DNA from: Promethearchaeota archaeon
GTDB taxonomy: Archaea > Asgardarchaeota > Lokiarchaeia > Sigyniarchaeales > SOKP01
DNA: 64,000 nucleotides
Assembly: GCA_048937405.1 (NCBI GenBank)
Contig: JBHLNF010000005.1
Location: forward strand, 32,001 to 96,000
Direction of reading: 5' to 3'
Shown here: positions 21,788 to 32,683 of the stretch, piece by piece
How positions within the stretch are numbered: position 1 is the stretch's first letter
How the letters are laid out: each line of letters begins with the position of its first letter
The notes under the pieces: generated by a model
The model's database searches: none
What the model was told of the DNA's origin: nothing
Seen by the model: the letters and a program-made list of their open reading frames with translations, nothing else
Program-made: the position numbers and the translations under genes

Positions 21788-22417
21788 CTACTTTTTTCTA
21801 TATAGTAGCCCATTCTTAAATATAAAATTTGATTTAGAAGTGTTAATCTCCCTATTTTTTCTATTGAGTTGAAAGAGATATACATTAATTTCTTCTATAC
21901 TGTTTTTAATAGATAATTCAATACAAGAAGGAATACCCGTTGCAATAAATGACCACGCACCTGTGATACTTCCTGGATTGATTAATAAGACGCCTTTTCC
22001 TGATAAAAATACTTCTTCTTTATGTGTATGTCCTGAAACTAAAATGTTGCATTTTCTTTCAATTGCAAGAGTCTCTAATTGATCATGATCTCCTCGGGGT
22101 TTAATTTGTGCTCCATGTATTAAACCTATTCTTATCTTTACTCTGTTTTCTAGTTCAATATCTAATTTTTGAAAAGTAGGCAAATCTCGATAACCATAGT
22201 AATAATCCATATTTCCAATGACTCTAAATAAATTTCCCTTTGTTTTTAGATCCAAAAAAGTAAGTAGTTCTGGAAAATTTATTAAATCTCCAGTAAAAAA
22301 AATTTCATCATATAGTTCATTTTGGGTCAATTCATCTATTTTTTCATACATTTGTTCAGGTAGATCCGTTGCTCGTTTAGGGATATGAGAATCACCTATG
22401 CACAGTATCCGAACCAT
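21788..22417 (-). CDS. Vps29/YfcE-family metallophosphoesterase
   Basis: IGDSHIPKRA, TGDL, GNMD, LIHG, SGHTH, INPGSITGA; the HIPxRAxxLP and NPGSxTGA motifs resemble eukaryotic Vps29. Confidence 0.88.
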   Translation of the reverse strand: MVRILCIGDSHIPKRATDLPEQMYEKIDELTQNELYDEIFFTGDLINFPELLTFLDLKTKGNLFRVIGNMDYYYGYRDLPTFQKLDIELENRVKIRIGLIHGAQIKPRGDHDQLETLAIERKCNILVSGHTHKEEVFLSGKGVLLINPGSITGAWSFIATGIPSCIELSIKNSIEEINVYLFQLNRKNREINTSKSNFIFKNGLLYRKK

Positions 22418-22426
22418 AATACAAAT

Positions 22427-23905
22427 TTAATTATAATTTTTATTTTTAGAATCTTGAACTAAAATTTTGAAATTTTTTATCATTTCTTCTATAGTTGGAA
22501 ATGTAGGGATATTATTTTGTGCCATATATTTAGTTACTTCTTGAACTGCCTTAACTTCTCCAATTAGCCAAAAGAATACAGGTTTTGAACCATCATTGAT
22601 AGTTTTAACGAATTTTTTATAATCAGGAAGCCCTCCAAAACGTCTTGCGCAAAACAACATGTTTAACATACCCTCTACTTTCTTATCATTTAATAAAAGC
22701 TCAAATACTATATTTATAATTTCATCTCGGTTATTATTCTTCGTCATAGCTTTTTCCATTGCTGGCCAAAAATCAATAAGAGCAAATCGATTAGGAGGCA
22801 TCCATTCTGGATATAGATCTACTAATATTTCATATTCCTTATCATTAAAATTAGGGAACTTCAAACCATACTGTGCAGTAATATCTGCAACAACCGTGCC
22901 TGCACCCCCCGATCCTGTAACTAGAGAAACGTTTCCTTGTTTTGGCATAACTTTATTTTCATTGTACATCATTGAAAATGTTCGGGCAAACTGAAATAGC
23001 TCATCAAAATCTTTCGCTTGAATTACTCCAGATTGGGCTATAATCGCGTTAATTAATTTTGAATTTTCAGCTATTGCTCCTGTATGGCTTAAAGTAGCTT
23101 TTTGACCTTGTGAGGTAATTCCACCTTTCACGAGAATAATAGTCTTATTTGGTATTTTTCTCACTTTTTTACATAAATTGATAAATTTTCTCGGATCCTT
23201 GAAAGATTCAAGATATACAGCAATGACATTAACAGTATTATCTTCTATAAAGTATTCTAAAAAGTCAGTTTCATTTAAATCCATCTTATTACCAATTGAA
23301 CAGGAATATCTAATTCCTAACTCGGGGTATTTTTCCATTATATACATCAAATATCCACCATTCAGCATTCCAGATTGACTGATTATGGCGATATTTCCTC
23401 TTTTGTAAGTAGAAAAGACACCAAAGCTTGTAAACAACCCTCCCCGTTCATTGTCTTCCGCATCACTATCTCCATCAATTCGAGTAAGACCCATGCAATT
23501 TGGCCCCATTATCCTTATTTTTGAAAAATTGTCTGTGATTTTTAAAATCTGCTCTTTTATCTCAAGACCTTTCTCACCAACTTCTTCAAAGCCAGAAGCT
23601 TCGATCATTGCACCTCGAATCTTTTTCTGAATACATTCTTCCAATAGTTGTGGAATTCTATGATTTGGAACATAAAAAATTGCTAAATCTATTTCCTCTT
23701 CAACATCCAAAACTGAAGTATTGAATTTCAATCCCAATAATTCTCCATCTGAGTTTGGATTGATAGGATAAATTGTTCCTTTATAGTTATTATTAACAAG
23801 GTTATATACAATTCGATGTCCTCCCTTCATTGGGTTCTTGGATGCTCCAATTACAGCTACGGATTTTGGATTTAAAAAAATATCAACTGTTTTATTATTT
23901 GACAC
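22427..23905 (-). CDS. acdA: ADP-forming acyl-CoA synthetase alpha subunit (CoA-binding)
   Basis: NPKSVAVIGAS, ASGFEE, MGPNCMG, ISQSG, SIGNKMD, YLES, phospho-His motif SHTGAIA, GSGGAG. Confidence 0.88.
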   Translation of the reverse strand: MSNNKTVDIFLNPKSVAVIGASKNPMKGGHRIVYNLVNNNYKGTIYPINPNSDGELLGLKFNTSVLDVEEEIDLAIFYVPNHRIPQLLEECIQKKIRGAMIEASGFEEVGEKGLEIKEQILKITDNFSKIRIMGPNCMGLTRIDGDSDAEDNERGGLFTSFGVFSTYKRGNIAIISQSGMLNGGYLMYIMEKYPELGIRYSCSIGNKMDLNETDFLEYFIEDNTVNVIAVYLESFKDPRKFINLCKKVRKIPNKTIILVKGGITSQGQKATLSHTGAIAENSKLINAIIAQSGVIQAKDFDELFQFARTFSMMYNENKVMPKQGNVSLVTGSGGAGTVVADITAQYGLKFPNFNDKEYEILVDLYPEWMPPNRFALIDFWPAMEKAMTKNNNRDEIINIVFELLLNDKKVEGMLNMLFCARRFGGLPDYKKFVKTINDGSKPVFFWLIGEVKAVQEVTKYMAQNNIPTFPTIEEMIKNFKILVQDSKNKNYN

Positions 23906-23934
23906 GTTTTTAACAACTATTCAATTTCTTTCTT

Positions 23935-25056
23935 TTATTTTTCATTTGTTTTATATTTATTATATGCATTTTGAACAAATTGATACATTTTTTTGGCACG
24001 AACATCATTTTTAAAATGTTCTATTACAGGTTCTAAAAACTGGTTAACATATTTAGCGACAGCTGGTTTTAAATCTGGTGGATTAAGCTTTCCTTCTGAA
24101 TATTCTTTTTCTAAGTCTTTATAGGAATTATATATTATATCTCCACCATATTTTTCAGGACGTCGAATTTCAAAAACATCAATTAGTTCAAATATGATAT
24201 ATTTACAGTATTCTAAAATAGGATTTTCTTTTATCTGTTTAGGAGGACAATATGCTTTATTTATCTTGCGTCTTACATCCTCAGGAGAATCTAACATAAA
24301 TATTGATGAATCCGGATCAGATTTTGACATCTTAATATCTATTGTTCTATCAATACCAGATAAATCTGTAGAGGGCGTTTTTAAACCCATTAACATGTGA
24401 TGGTGAATTGCTATTGGTTTTATTTTATCTAGCTTCTTAGCAACTTCTCTCGCTAACATATTTACTTTTCTTTGATCCATTCCTAATTGGCATATATCAG
24501 TTTGGAGATAGAAAATATCAGCAGCTTGCATTAGGGGATATAATATTTGTGAAGCATACAATTTATCTGATTCACTTCTACCCATTATTTGTGTGCACCT
24601 TTTAATTCGTTTTAAAGTTGTTTGTATGCCAATTTTTAGTACTAATTCCCAATAATCAGGATTCTTTACTAAATCTGAAGCATAAAGAAACTCTATTTTA
24701 CTTAGATCCATACCACAAACCTTCCAAAGCTCAATGAAAAAGTCACCAACTTTTTTAATTACTTCTAAATCTCCATCAAACTTTTTGTTTGCAGCAGCAT
24801 GCCAATCTGCTACTAAAAATTTAAATCTAATTCCCGCTTGTGTTATTTTATTGACATTAATGGCCCTTAATAGTCCTTGAGCTATATGAATATTACCAGA
24901 AGGCTCAAATCCATCATATGCATAAATTTTTTTATTATGTTCTAATTTCCATTGAATCATATCTCTTAATTCTTCTAATTCAATAATCTCTTCTCCTACT
25001 TCTTTTAGTAATGCAATTCTTTCATCTAAAGTTAAAGCCATATTATCATCCATCAA
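23935..25056 (-). CDS. tyrS: Tyrosine--tRNA ligase (archaeal, HIAQ type)
   Basis: YDGFEPSGNIHIAQG, ADWHA, YPLMQAAD, QLGMDQRKVNMLARE, KMSKS. Confidence 0.96.
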   Translation of the reverse strand: MMDDNMALTLDERIALLKEVGEEIIELEELRDMIQWKLEHNKKIYAYDGFEPSGNIHIAQGLLRAINVNKITQAGIRFKFLVADWHAAANKKFDGDLEVIKKVGDFFIELWKVCGMDLSKIEFLYASDLVKNPDYWELVLKIGIQTTLKRIKRCTQIMGRSESDKLYASQILYPLMQAADIFYLQTDICQLGMDQRKVNMLAREVAKKLDKIKPIAIHHHMLMGLKTPSTDLSGIDRTIDIKMSKSDPDSSIFMLDSPEDVRRKINKAYCPPKQIKENPILEYCKYIIFELIDVFEIRRPEKYGGDIIYNSYKDLEKEYSEGKLNPPDLKPAVAKYVNQFLEPVIEHFKNDVRAKKMYQFVQNAYNKYKTNEK

Positions 25057-25152
25057 ACAATATATAAACTAGTAAATAGTTGAATTGATAAAACTTTTAC
25101 GGAAAGGTTAAGTTTCAATATTTTTTGAAGTATTAAAAAAAATTATGTTAAT

Positions 25153-27846
25153 TTAAGCTTTTTTTTGTTCAATTGAAGCTTGAGCTGCTGCAATTCTAGC
25201 TACGGGGATTCTAAAAGGGGAACATGAAACATAATCTAATCCTATGGAATGAGCAAATTTGATTGAACTGGGTTCTCCTCCATGTTCTCCACAGATTCCA
25301 GTTTTTAGATCTGGTCTAGTTTTCTTACCAAGCTTGATAGCAAGTTTCATTAATTTTCCAACACCATCTTGATCAAGAATTTCAAAGGGATTATGTTCTA
25401 AAATTTCTTTATTTAAGTAGATTGGTAAAAATTTGCCTTCTGCGTCATCTCGGGAGAACCCAAATGTCATTTGAGTTAAATCATTGGTTCCAAAAGAAAA
25501 AAATTCAGCTTCTATAGCAATTTCATCAGCTGTTAAAGCGGCTCTTGGTATTTCTATCATTGTTCCGAATTTGTAATCTAAATCTACATTATAATTTTTT
25601 ATTGTCTCTAGAGCTACCTCCATCAGCTGGGTTTTAACTAATTGTAATTCAGATATCATTCCGACTAAAGGAATCATAACCTCTGGTATTACATCAATTC
25701 CTTGAAGTTTAAGTTCACAAGCGGCCTGAAATATTGCTTTTACTTGCATTTCATTTATTTCAGGCCAGACTATTCCTAAACGACAACCCCTAAGTCCCAT
25801 CATAGGATTCTCCTCAGAGAGTGACCTAATTAAAGAGATAACTTTACTTTTTTTCTTGATCTCTTTATCTAAAGGACTTGAATCTAATAATGATCTTGAT
25901 AATGCATTTGTCATTTTAAGCTCTTGACTTTCCAATAAAACAGTAGATAGTTCAGGTAAGAATTCATGTAGAGGTGGATCTAATAATCGAATTGTAACGG
26001 GTTTTCCTTGCATTATTTTAAAAATTTCATAAAAATCTTGTTTTTGCCATGGTAGGATTTTATTAAGGGCATCTTGGCGATCCTCTGTAGTTCGAGCCAT
26101 GATCATATTTTGGACTGTTGGTAGACGATCTTGTGCCATGAACATATGTTCTGTTCTGCAGAGTCCAATTCCCTGAGCACCGAATTCCAATGCTTTCTTG
26201 GCATCAACAGGTGTATCTGCATTAGCCCTAACACCCAATTTTTTTATATCATCAGCCATTTCTAATAGTTCTAGGAATTCACCTTTTATTTCGGGTTCGA
26301 CAAGAGGTACTTTTCCCTCAATAATACTTCCTGTTGACCCATCAATGGTTATCCAATCCCCTTCATTAATCACCATTTCAGCAACTCTAAATGCTCTATT
26401 TTCTTCATCTATTTCGATATCTTGGGCACCAACAACAGCTGGTTTACCCATACCTCTAGCTACAACTGCAGCATGCGAAGTTTTTCCACCAAATTGAGTT
26501 AATACTCCTGCTGCAGCATATAATCCATGAACATCTTCAGGTTTTGTTTGAGGTCTTACTAATATTATCTCTTTTTGTTCTTGATGTGCTAATGCTTCAG
26601 CTCTATCAGAATCAAAAACTGCAATCCCAGACACTGCTCCTGGAGACGCATTAATCCCATGTGCTAGAACATGAACTATTGAGTTTTCATCAATACTTTT
26701 GAACAATAATTTTGCCACTTTATTCGAATCAATACTCATTATCGCATCTTTTTTAGAAATAAATCCTTCTTTAACCATATCAACTGCGATTTTTACAGCA
26801 GCAGAAGGTGTTCTTTTCCCATTTCGTGTTTGTAAAATATTCAATTTTCCATCTTCAATAGTAAACTCAATATCTTGCATATCTCTATAGTGTGTTTCTA
26901 GTTTGTCCATTGTATTTAATAATTCTTTGTAAATTTTTGGAAACTCATCGGCCATTTCCTCTAATTTTTTAGGTGTTCTTATCCCTGCAACAACATCTTC
27001 TCCTTGGGCATTTGTTAAGTATTCACCAAATTTCTTGTTATCTCCGGTTGATGGATCTCTTGTAAATGCAACCCCTGTAGCAGAATTCCAACCTTTGTTT
27101 CCAAAAACCATCGCTTGAATATTCACAGCCGTACCAAAATCAGGTATATTATTGATTTTTCTATAAGTAATAGCTCTTCTGTTATTCCAAGATTTGAAAA
27201 CAGCTTCAATTGCTAAGAATAATTGTTGGAATGGATCTTGCGGGAAAGGGGAACCAATTTCTTTTTCATATAGAGCTTTATAGTCCGCTATTATTTTTTG
27301 TAAATCATTTACTCCTAAATCAGTATCTAGGGCATTTCTATCAATAGCTCTTTTATATTTATCTAATATCCTCTCAAATTTCTCATCACCAATCCCCATT
27401 ACCACATCTCCAAACATCTGAATAAATCTTCGAAAAGAGTCATAAGAAAAACGAGGATTTTCTGTTTGTTCGGCTAATCCCATTACACTTACGTCATTTA
27501 ATCCTAAATTCAATACAGTATCCATCATGCCAGGCATACTCATTGGTGCACCTGATCGAACAGAAACCAACAATGGATTTTTATTATCTCCAAATTTCTT
27601 TCCAGTAATTTTTTCTAATGTGTGTAAATGTTCTATAATTTTAGGTTTTAGGATCCCCATTATTTTTTCAGGATTACTAAAATAGAGTAAACATGCTTCA
27701 GTTGTTATAGTAAATCCTGGTGGAATAGTAAGTCCTAACTTAGTCATTTCAGCTAGATTTGCCCCTTTACCTCCAAGGAGATTCTTTAGATCCTTATTTC
27801 CTTCACTAAAATCATAAACAAATTTCTTATTTTCAGTGTTTGTCAT
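25153..27846 (-). CDS. ppdK: Pyruvate, phosphate dikinase
   Basis: LLGGKGANLAEM, PLLVSVRSGA, GEDVVAGIRTP, GGKTSHAAVVARG, GLCRTEHMF, FSFGTNDLTQ, GICGEHGG. Confidence 0.97.
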   Translation of the reverse strand: MTNTENKKFVYDFSEGNKDLKNLLGGKGANLAEMTKLGLTIPPGFTITTEACLLYFSNPEKIMGILKPKIIEHLHTLEKITGKKFGDNKNPLLVSVRSGAPMSMPGMMDTVLNLGLNDVSVMGLAEQTENPRFSYDSFRRFIQMFGDVVMGIGDEKFERILDKYKRAIDRNALDTDLGVNDLQKIIADYKALYEKEIGSPFPQDPFQQLFLAIEAVFKSWNNRRAITYRKINNIPDFGTAVNIQAMVFGNKGWNSATGVAFTRDPSTGDNKKFGEYLTNAQGEDVVAGIRTPKKLEEMADEFPKIYKELLNTMDKLETHYRDMQDIEFTIEDGKLNILQTRNGKRTPSAAVKIAVDMVKEGFISKKDAIMSIDSNKVAKLLFKSIDENSIVHVLAHGINASPGAVSGIAVFDSDRAEALAHQEQKEIILVRPQTKPEDVHGLYAAAGVLTQFGGKTSHAAVVARGMGKPAVVGAQDIEIDEENRAFRVAEMVINEGDWITIDGSTGSIIEGKVPLVEPEIKGEFLELLEMADDIKKLGVRANADTPVDAKKALEFGAQGIGLCRTEHMFMAQDRLPTVQNMIMARTTEDRQDALNKILPWQKQDFYEIFKIMQGKPVTIRLLDPPLHEFLPELSTVLLESQELKMTNALSRSLLDSSPLDKEIKKKSKVISLIRSLSEENPMMGLRGCRLGIVWPEINEMQVKAIFQAACELKLQGIDVIPEVMIPLVGMISELQLVKTQLMEVALETIKNYNVDLDYKFGTMIEIPRAALTADEIAIEAEFFSFGTNDLTQMTFGFSRDDAEGKFLPIYLNKEILEHNPFEILDQDGVGKLMKLAIKLGKKTRPDLKTGICGEHGGEPSSIKFAHSIGLDYVSCSPFRIPVARIAAAQASIEQKKA

Positions 27847-28012
27847 TTTACTAAACCAATATCAGTCCAATCATCAAAATGTATTTAAATAAAAACAGCA
27901 CTTTTACTTTTTATATTTTATGGACATAGAATGTAAAAAGTATTTGAATGAAATAATTTCTTTTTTGAGATAAAATTTTCTGAAAATAAGATTTTAGGGT
28001 TGAAAAATTCAA

Positions 28013-28822
28013 TTAATTCTTCTTAAATTCATTTAAAAGATCCCAAACTCCATCTAAAATGAAATCTGGTTTATCTTCACTATTCTTTATCATTTCCATT
28101 GTTGTTTCTCCTGATAATACACAACATGTTGTTATTCCTGCTTTCTTTCCCATTTTAATATCTGTATAAAGACGGTCTCCGAACATTACAGCATTTTCAG
28201 GTGAGATATTTAATTGATTTAACTTAAAAAGTAACATTTCTTTGTTTGGTTTCCCTAAGACTTTTGGCATTTTTTCTGCAGCTTTATATAAGAGGGCTGC
28301 AATTCCTCCCGCATCTGGAATATAACCATTTTCGGTAGGACATCTATTATCGAGATGTGTAGCAATATAAGGAAACCCATCTTTTTGAAGAAAATAAGCA
28401 GCTTTTGCTAAACGATTATAGGTAAATTCTTGATCAAAAGCTAAGACTAAAATCTCAGGATTATCTTCAGTTAATATAAAACCCTCATTTATGAATTCAG
28501 TTTTAAGAGATTGAGTTCCTAATAAAAAAATATTTTTAAATTCGTTTTTTTTCAGATAATCTATCGTAGGATGTTGAGATAAAATAATATTATTTAATGT
28601 AATGTTTAAGTTTAATCTGTTCAATTTCTTTAAATAGTCTTCAGTGGATTTACTTGAATTATTTGAAAGAAAGAAAAAATGTTTGTTAGACTTCTTTAAT
28701 ATTTCAATTAATTCTGGAACACCATCAAAAAGTTTATTTCCTAAATAGATAGTTCCATCTAAATCAAAAAAAAAAACCATTTTTTCCTTTAACCATTTTA
28801 AATTGCTTTTATTATTAGCCAT
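28013..28822 (-). CDS. HAD-IIA family hydrolase (NagD-like)
   Basis: FDLDGTIY, LSNNS, GKPN, FGDRLYTDI, VLSGET. Confidence 0.92.
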   Translation of the reverse strand: MANNKSNLKWLKEKMVFFFDLDGTIYLGNKLFDGVPELIEILKKSNKHFFFLSNNSSKSTEDYLKKLNRLNLNITLNNIILSQHPTIDYLKKNEFKNIFLLGTQSLKTEFINEGFILTEDNPEILVLAFDQEFTYNRLAKAAYFLQKDGFPYIATHLDNRCPTENGYIPDAGGIAALLYKAAEKMPKVLGKPNKEMLLFKLNQLNISPENAVMFGDRLYTDIKMGKKAGITTCCVLSGETTMEMIKNSEDKPDFILDGVWDLLNEFKKN

Positions 28823-28897
28823 GCTTTGATTGAAATATTGTAAGATATTAGAAATAAAGTAGCAATAAATAAAAAGTATTTAAAATAATGATATAAA

Positions 28898-30748
28898 TTA
28901 AATAGAAATCGTATCTAATCCCAAATATTTAAGTTTTTCTTGACTTGGGTATCCACTATTAAAATCAAAGGTTCTGTATTTGTAATAACCACTTTTGATA
29001 GTCTGGAAGTTTGGAGTTTTTCCAGCTGAATCTCCCTTATCTTTAGGTATTAGTAAAATCTGTGGAATTCTGTCATCAGTTGGTCTAATACCCATTTTAA
29101 GGTTAAATAATCGTTTTATCATATAGATTCTTTCTCCAAGTAGTTTTAAAGTTTCAATATTACAATTAATTCCTATAGCTGCATTAATAATTTTTGCCAA
29201 TTTGCTGGGTTCTGGATTAGCAAAAACACATATTATTAGGGAATTTGAGAGTGCTCTATAGTTCTGACCTATTGCTCCCATTTTTCCCATCTCTTCAGAA
29301 TCTGTATATCTATCAAGCATTTTCATACCTAAATCCTGAATTGGGATACCCAGTAGAATATTGAACATATCACTTGAATTGTGACAAGGACCTCTTGGAC
29401 TCCCAAGTGCGTAGGTAACTACCATACCAAAACAATTACGTAAATCATGATAAGGAACTTCCATCCCATAAACTGTTGCAATCTCATCTTGAGAAATACC
29501 AAATTTTCTCCCAACTGCATCTGAACCTTCTGCTAATAAATCTCCAATACCTTCTCTTCTTGATATTTTTTTAATCATTTCAATCATTGGTTCTGGATTT
29601 CCCCATTTAGGTACAATTCCATCAATATCTTTTGATTGGATTTTGCCTTTGTTAAAAAGATAATAGACAAAAGCAATTGTACTACTACTACTTATAGTAT
29701 CTATTCCTAAATCATTACAAAGTAGATTCGCATGAACAATAGATTCTAAATTTGAATTTAGTATCATTGAACCAAAACCTGCTGCAGTTTCATATTCTGG
29801 AGCTTCTATTTCTCCATCAGTTTTATATTCTCCCTCTTTCACTTCAGCCTTCTTAGCACAACCGATTGGACATGCAAAGCAAGGGTAGCTTCTGGTAAAA
29901 ATTTTCTCGGAAGCTGTAGCCCCAGAGATATTATAAGAATCATCCCATTGTGCTTGAGTCCAGTATTTAATAGGCAATTCTCCTTGTACATTATACATAT
30001 CTAATCCTCCACCTGTACCCAGATGTGATAACATTGTAGTGAGAAATGAATTTTTAACAAATTCTATAACTTTTTGCGAAATTTTTTTAAATTCATCAGG
30101 TTTAGCCGCTTCATAACTTCTTTTTGTTCCTTTAACGGCAATAGCTTTAAGTTTCTTAGATCCCATTACCGCACCCATTCCTGTTCTACCTGCTGTTTTG
30201 TCTTCTGAAGCAATTGTTGCATATTTTACTAAATTTTCACCAGCAGGTCCAATACATGCGATTCTAGTGAGTTTTCCTAGTCTTTCCTTTAATATTTCAG
30301 AAACTTTGAGAGTGCCTTTACCCCAAATGTCCAATGCATCTTTTATTATGATTCTATTTTCAATAATTTCTAAAAAAACTGGAGTATCTGAAGCTCCAGA
30401 AATCACAATACCATCATACCCTGCTTTTTTTAACTCTGGACCAAAGAATCCACCACAATTTGATTCACCCCATAAGCCAGTATAAGGAGATTTAGCACAT
30501 ACAGTAAATCTTCCGCTTGTAGGTATTGTTGAACCACAAAGTGGTCCAGTCATAAACATTAAGATATTTTCTGATGATAAGGGATCCGTGTCTTTGGTAA
30601 TTTTGTCATATAGATATCGACAGCTATAACCCGCAGCTCCAAGAAAATCTTTTGCGATAGTTTCATCTAAAATTTCATCTGATATTTCACTAGTACTAAG
30701 ATTAACTTTTAACAATTTTCCTACAAATCCTTTCATTAAATTTTTCAC
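28898..30748 (-). CDS. aor: Aldehyde:ferredoxin oxidoreductase (tungsten AOR family)
   Basis: KSPYTG, ESNCGG, CIGPAGENLV, GRTGMGAVMGSKKLKA, CFACPIGC, PEYET, GIDTIS, LAEGS. Confidence 0.93.
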   Translation of the reverse strand: MKNLMKGFVGKLLKVNLSTSEISDEILDETIAKDFLGAAGYSCRYLYDKITKDTDPLSSENILMFMTGPLCGSTIPTSGRFTVCAKSPYTGLWGESNCGGFFGPELKKAGYDGIVISGASDTPVFLEIIENRIIIKDALDIWGKGTLKVSEILKERLGKLTRIACIGPAGENLVKYATIASEDKTAGRTGMGAVMGSKKLKAIAVKGTKRSYEAAKPDEFKKISQKVIEFVKNSFLTTMLSHLGTGGGLDMYNVQGELPIKYWTQAQWDDSYNISGATASEKIFTRSYPCFACPIGCAKKAEVKEGEYKTDGEIEAPEYETAAGFGSMILNSNLESIVHANLLCNDLGIDTISSSSTIAFVYYLFNKGKIQSKDIDGIVPKWGNPEPMIEMIKKISRREGIGDLLAEGSDAVGRKFGISQDEIATVYGMEVPYHDLRNCFGMVVTYALGSPRGPCHNSSDMFNILLGIPIQDLGMKMLDRYTDSEEMGKMGAIGQNYRALSNSLIICVFANPEPSKLAKIINAAIGINCNIETLKLLGERIYMIKRLFNLKMGIRPTDDRIPQILLIPKDKGDSAGKTPNFQTIKSGYYKYRTFDFNSGYPSQEKLKYLGLDTISI

Positions 30749-30776
30749 CTTTGTTTTGTATTAATTAAAAAAGAAA

Positions 30777-31976
30777 TTAGAAATCTATATTTTTACCTTC
30801 ATATGCATATAGATAAAGATTCCTGAATTCCTCACCATTCGCAGATCTAGGTCCTAGTACACTAGTAGAATCTTCAAAACACATATTTACTAACTCATCT
30901 ATGTATTTATCAACTTCTTCTTTTGGAGTTCCGATTTCTTTTAGAGAAAGAGGAAATCCTATTTCTTTTTGTAAATTTTTAATTTTTTCAATTACTCTAT
31001 TTGCTGCTTTTTTATTATCTTGATCCCAATTTATCCAACCTAATTGTTTCGCAACTTTAGCAAGAATTTCTTCAGTTTTATTGTTTTGGTCTGAATCATT
31101 TAAGCAATACTGTAGAACATAAGGTAATGCAACACCAACAGCTCTACCATGAGGTACGTGAAATACAGATCCCCATGAATGTCCTATTGTATGAGCTAAT
31201 TGCGCTTGAGAATTTCCAAATGCTAAGCCTGCCATAGTTGCTGCTTGATGCATTAAGTCCCTAGCTTCCATATTGTTTCCATCATTGAGTACCAATGGAA
31301 GGAATTTAAAGATTAGCTCTATTGCCTTTAAAGCCATAGCTTTAGTGAATTCATTTTTCCATTGGGATGTTATTCCTTCTAAGGAATGGGCTATTGCATC
31401 AAAAGCAGTATCCATCGTTAAGTTTGCTGGCATTCCTTTAGGAAAAATTGGATCAACTATAGCAAATGTTGGCATCATTGATTTATGTAAAAAGAAGTGC
31501 TTTTTCCAGATATTATTAATTAATCTCGAAACAACACTTACATTTGTAGTTTCTGCTCCAGTTCCAGATGTGGTAGGAATAGCAACCAATTTTGCTTTTT
31601 TACCCATTTTATATAATTCTGGATTGAAAGGATAAAGATCATCTGCATTCATATCTGGAAATTCATATAAAGTCCAAACTAATTTTGCTGTGTCCATAAC
31701 TGAACCTCCACCTAGTGCAATGATTAAATCTGGTCCATAATTTATACAATCTTGTCTTGCAACTAATGCATCAGGTTCATGAGGATCTGGTTTAGTATCT
31801 GTATTCACTGTATATTCCTTATCAAATTCGTTAAGTTTATCGGTCAAAATTTTCAAATACCCGAGATTTTCCAGAATCTTGTCTGTAATGATATAGCATT
31901 TTTTTCCAGGAATATTTTCAATGAAATCTAAAGCATCTTCACCATATATTATATTAGGGGAATAAAAATACCACAT
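30777..31976 (-). CDS. Iron-containing (type III) alcohol dehydrogenase
   Basis: ALGGGSVMDTAK, IPTTSGTGAE, DAIAHSLE, AHTIGH, HVPHG. Confidence 0.93.
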   Translation of the reverse strand: MWYFYSPNIIYGEDALDFIENIPGKKCYIITDKILENLGYLKILTDKLNEFDKEYTVNTDTKPDPHEPDALVARQDCINYGPDLIIALGGGSVMDTAKLVWTLYEFPDMNADDLYPFNPELYKMGKKAKLVAIPTTSGTGAETTNVSVVSRLINNIWKKHFFLHKSMMPTFAIVDPIFPKGMPANLTMDTAFDAIAHSLEGITSQWKNEFTKAMALKAIELIFKFLPLVLNDGNNMEARDLMHQAATMAGLAFGNSQAQLAHTIGHSWGSVFHVPHGRAVGVALPYVLQYCLNDSDQNNKTEEILAKVAKQLGWINWDQDNKKAANRVIEKIKNLQKEIGFPLSLKEIGTPKEEVDKYIDELVNMCFEDSTSVLGPRSANGEEFRNLYLYAYEGKNIDF

Positions 31977-32141
31977 TTGTTTCCACCATTTCTTTTTATA
32001 TTTTAATTAAAAAAATTGTATTGATTAACATTAGTTTAATTTAATCTAAATTTTTATTAGTTATTTATCAAAACTATTTAATATTTTTTTATAATTGTTT
32101 ATTTATTAGGTATTTATTTTATTTCTAAAAATTGAGATATT

Positions 32142-32561
32142 ATGGAAGAGTCAGAAAAAGAAAATCTATTTGATACTTTTAAAGCTGTTATTGAGAGTAT
32201 AGTGAATGAAAAGAGGATGGTTCCCAAAAGTAATAAAAAATTGGTAAAATTAGCTGCAGGAGTAAATTTAGGTCTCCAGATTGAAAAAGATTATATTTTT
32301 TGGTTAAATCTGAAAACAGAAGGTGGAATTTTCGTCTTAAATAGAGGAAAATTAGAAGAGTATGATTTTCAATTAATAGCAGCTCCAGAAGATTTGATGT
32401 ATTTTTGTAATGGAGAGAATTCAACTGTTCATATGATTACCAATAAAAATCAATTTGGTAAACGAAAACTTAGAATCCAGAAGGGTACTACTGGAAGAAA
32501 TCTTGGAAAACTTATGAATCTTGCAAATCTTCTCGTTATTGATAAAGAATCACCATTTTAA
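32142..32561 (+). CDS. Hypothetical protein, probable SCP2 (sterol-carrier) fold
   Basis: SCP2-like beta/alpha pattern (W-L-x-L...G..YDFQL..APEDL...G..KLRI.G); located next to an acyl-CoA ligase and another SCP2 protein. Confidence 0.5.
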   Translation: MEESEKENLFDTFKAVIESIVNEKRMVPKSNKKLVKLAAGVNLGLQIEKDYIFWLNLKTEGGIFVLNRGKLEEYDFQLIAAPEDLMYFCNGENSTVHMITNKNQFGKRKLRIQKGTTGRNLGKLMNLANLLVIDKESPF

Positions 32562-32683
32562 CTTAATGGAAATTTCTAGTACTCCTATTGATTTACTTTT
32601 TATATTATTTTTTTCAATACTCTATTTTATTATATTTTAAAAACACTGAAAAAGTTATATTAGATTCTTCCAAAAATAAGATT

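Noticed and set aside
32588-32683. Hydrophobic N-terminal extensions from upstream starts in the ORF track (fadD at 32588; likewise 36081)
   Set aside because: They look like translated AT-rich intergenic DNA; downstream ATGs match family N-termini, and 36081 overlaps the divergent gene
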